Shown piece by piece: positions 30,691-32,256 of a DNA stretch of 32,256 bases. The position numbers and the translations under genes are program-made. The notes below the pieces were generated by a model, which worked only from the letters and a program-made list of their open reading frames with translations, was not told the DNA's origin and did no database searches. The DNA lies in IMG/VR virus record IMGVR_UViG_3300028585_000002, positions 79,337-111,592 of that record; one strand, given 5' to 3'. This DNA comes from a virus. Lineage: Duplodnaviria; Heunggongvirae; Uroviricota; Caudoviricetes. Numbering within the stretch: position 1 is the stretch's first letter; each line of letters opens with the position of its first letter.

Positions 30691-32124
30691 ATGAAAACTC
30701 TCTCCAGCATGGCCGATCAGTCGTTCAGCGACATTTACACCAAGCGCCCAGTGTGGGCGCTGGTGTCCTCCGGTGGCGTCGGGGTCAATCCGATTTTCTC
30801 CACCTACGGCGAAGACAACCCTTTCGTACCGATCACGGTCGAAGGCCAGGGGGCGCCGCGCTCGCGTGCGCGGTCCTTCGTCGACGAGCAGACGGCCACT
30901 TGGGTTTTTGCCGGCTCGTCCACGTCTCCAACCTTCACCAGCCCAGCCTCGCCAACTGTCGGTTTGAACGGCTGTAACGCCTCGACCCAAACGGCGTGCC
31001 TGAACAACTTCGAAATTCCCGACAGCGGTAACGCCGGAGCCTACAGCGCCGTCAACTCTGGCGCAGAGTCCCTGGCAACCTACTGCGGAACCATTGTCGG
31101 CGAGTCGAACTGGCGTCAGATTTACGACCTCGCAATGGTTGGAACTTCCGGGGCCATCTACAAGGATCCAATCGGCGGCGGTTCCTCGACCGTCATGAGT
31201 CAGACCCGCGATCGCATCACTATGGCAACGGAGATGGGTGCTGAGTTCGCGCCGGTCGTGGGCATGAATTATCTGCATGGCGGCATCTGCCACAACCGCA
31301 ACACCGGGCGCTTGATGATCCCTCAAGCAAACGGCGGCACCAGTGGAGTGAGCCTGGGCTTTCGTTTGCACTTCTTCGATCTGCAAAACAAGATCAGCGC
31401 CGACACGACCATTCCACAGCTGCGCGGCTGGATGAACGACGCCACCAAGACGGGCGCTGGCCGCTACCGCTATGTCGACGTGACCCTTCTGGACGCGTCG
31501 GTGCAGTACGTTGATGGCCTGACCCTGGACAGCCTTTTCAGTAAGTTTGTCCTGTGTGATAACGATGATGTCTGGATGTACAAATCTGCCGACATCACCG
31601 CTACCGCATCAGCGCCGTATGGCAACTGCCTCTTCTCGATCACCAAAGGGGCCGGAACCTGGAAGACCGCCACCTATACCGCCCTGGCCGTCATGAAGTG
31701 GGCGGGCGGCGTACGTCAGTACGGCGGTTCGCAGGGCTTGGCGTACGCTCCGCGCCACATGAATTCGGACGACAACTCGGTAATCGCCATGTATCAGGCG
31801 TGCTACTACTATGTCAGCGGCCTGAACATGGCGATGGTCTCGACCAAGAATGCCGTCATCGACAACTTCAGCGCCTACGCTCCAGGCGCGGTCGCGATCA
31901 CGCACTCGGTTGCACCAGCGGGCGGCCCTAGCTTCATGGTGTGTATCAATAGCGCGAATAACGACGCCGCCGGCCCGGCGCTTCTGTACTTCAAGAACGA
32001 CCTCATGAAAGGCGTTGCAGTCACCCCTACCACCCAGATGTATCTGTATCCATCGGTGAGCACTTCGACGTGGTACGGCGGCAACATGGTCTGCAAGGTT
32101 CAACCTACCACCGAATGGAAATAA
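30691..32124 (+). CDS. Hypothetical protein, possibly a receptor-binding / distal fibre subunit
   Basis: 477 aa, Gly/Ser/Thr- and beta-rich, less GC3-biased than core genes; position at the end of the fibre module. Confidence 0.6.
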   Translation: MKTLSSMADQSFSDIYTKRPVWALVSSGGVGVNPIFSTYGEDNPFVPITVEGQGAPRSRARSFVDEQTATWVFAGSSTSPTFTSPASPTVGLNGCNASTQTACLNNFEIPDSGNAGAYSAVNSGAESLATYCGTIVGESNWRQIYDLAMVGTSGAIYKDPIGGGSSTVMSQTRDRITMATEMGAEFAPVVGMNYLHGGICHNRNTGRLMIPQANGGTSGVSLGFRLHFFDLQNKISADTTIPQLRGWMNDATKTGAGRYRYVDVTLLDASVQYVDGLTLDSLFSKFVLCDNDDVWMYKSADITATASAPYGNCLFSITKGAGTWKTATYTALAVMKWAGGVRQYGGSQGLAYAPRHMNSDDNSVIAMYQACYYYVSGLNMAMVSTKNAVIDNFSAYAPGAVAITHSVAPAGGPSFMVCINSANNDAAGPALLYFKNDLMKGVAVTPTTQMYLYPSVSTSTWYGGNMVCKVQPTTEWK

Positions 32125-32126
32125 AG

Positions 32127-32256
32127 ATGAGCAATGAAAATCTGAAGGCACAAGAAGCGACGGCGCAAGCCGTTGAGACCCCGAAGCTGGTCCATCAAAT
32201 CGTGTTCGACGCGGACGGTGTCGGTTCCTCGATCTTCCAGGCCCTCGGCCTGCGCG
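32127..32256 (+). CDS. 5' end of a hypothetical gene truncated by the window edge
   Basis: ATG 2 nt after the upstream TAA, open to the end: MSNENLKAQEATAQAVETPKLVHQIVFDADGVGSSIFQALGLR. Confidence 0.55.
   Translation, partial: MSNENLKAQEATAQAVETPKLVHQIVFDADGVGSSIFQALGLR

Larger units (their letters stand above)
1..32256 (+). mobile_element. Tailed phage (siphovirus, lambda-like tail tip) packaging, head and tail module; possibly an SSU5/pHCM2-like phage-plasmid or prophage
   Basis: Uninterrupted canonical order terS-terL-portal-scaffold-MCP-neck-tail tube-chaperones-TMP-Dit-L-K-I/J-fibres with overlapping start/stop codons. The phage-plasmid assignment is recalled from gene order (ParB-like, ABC, GNAT, wHTH before terminase) and not verified. 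Confidence 0.93.

Noticed and set aside
29157-32256. Diversity-generating retroelement target in the fibre genes
   Set aside because: No reverse transcriptase and no template/variable repeat pair differing at adenines was visible in the window.

Overview
The window is one continuous, GC-rich phage segment, almost all on the + strand. It holds the packaging, head and tail module of a siphovirus with a lambda-like tail tip. Gene order: 3' end of a probable ParB-like gene, two small ORFs, ABC ATPase, thioredoxin, micropeptide, GNAT-like protein, winged-helix protein, AT-rich repeat array, TerS, TerL, portal, scaffold, major capsid, head/neck proteins, tail tube, tail chaperones with a GGGAAAG -1 frameshift, tape measure, Dit, a reverse-oriented two-gene moron (GIY-YIG/T5orf172 protein and lipoprotein), gpL, gpK, gpI-J, and a multi-gene tail fibre module. 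From recall, not a search, the order and the ParB/ABC/GNAT/wHTH block before the terminase resemble SSU5/pHCM2-type phage-plasmids; codon usage suggests a GC-rich proteobacterial host. Main unexplained signals: (1) ten copies of an 18-bp palindrome (TMAGTCAYCRGTGACTTR), nine in fixed registers on sigma70-like promoters of the structural operons, three followed by leader terminator-like hairpins and two apparently driving leaderless mRNAs; (2) a duplicated junction (ILVERxARPA) flanking a 640-bp insert between the ABC ATPase and GNAT genes, whose precise removal would give an in-frame ABC-GNAT fusion; (3) an oppositely oriented ACTTATG/CATAAGT array directly upstream of terS. No tRNA, rRNA, CRISPR array, integrase, replication or lysis genes were recognised. 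All family assignments come from motif reading and recall, with no database searches.
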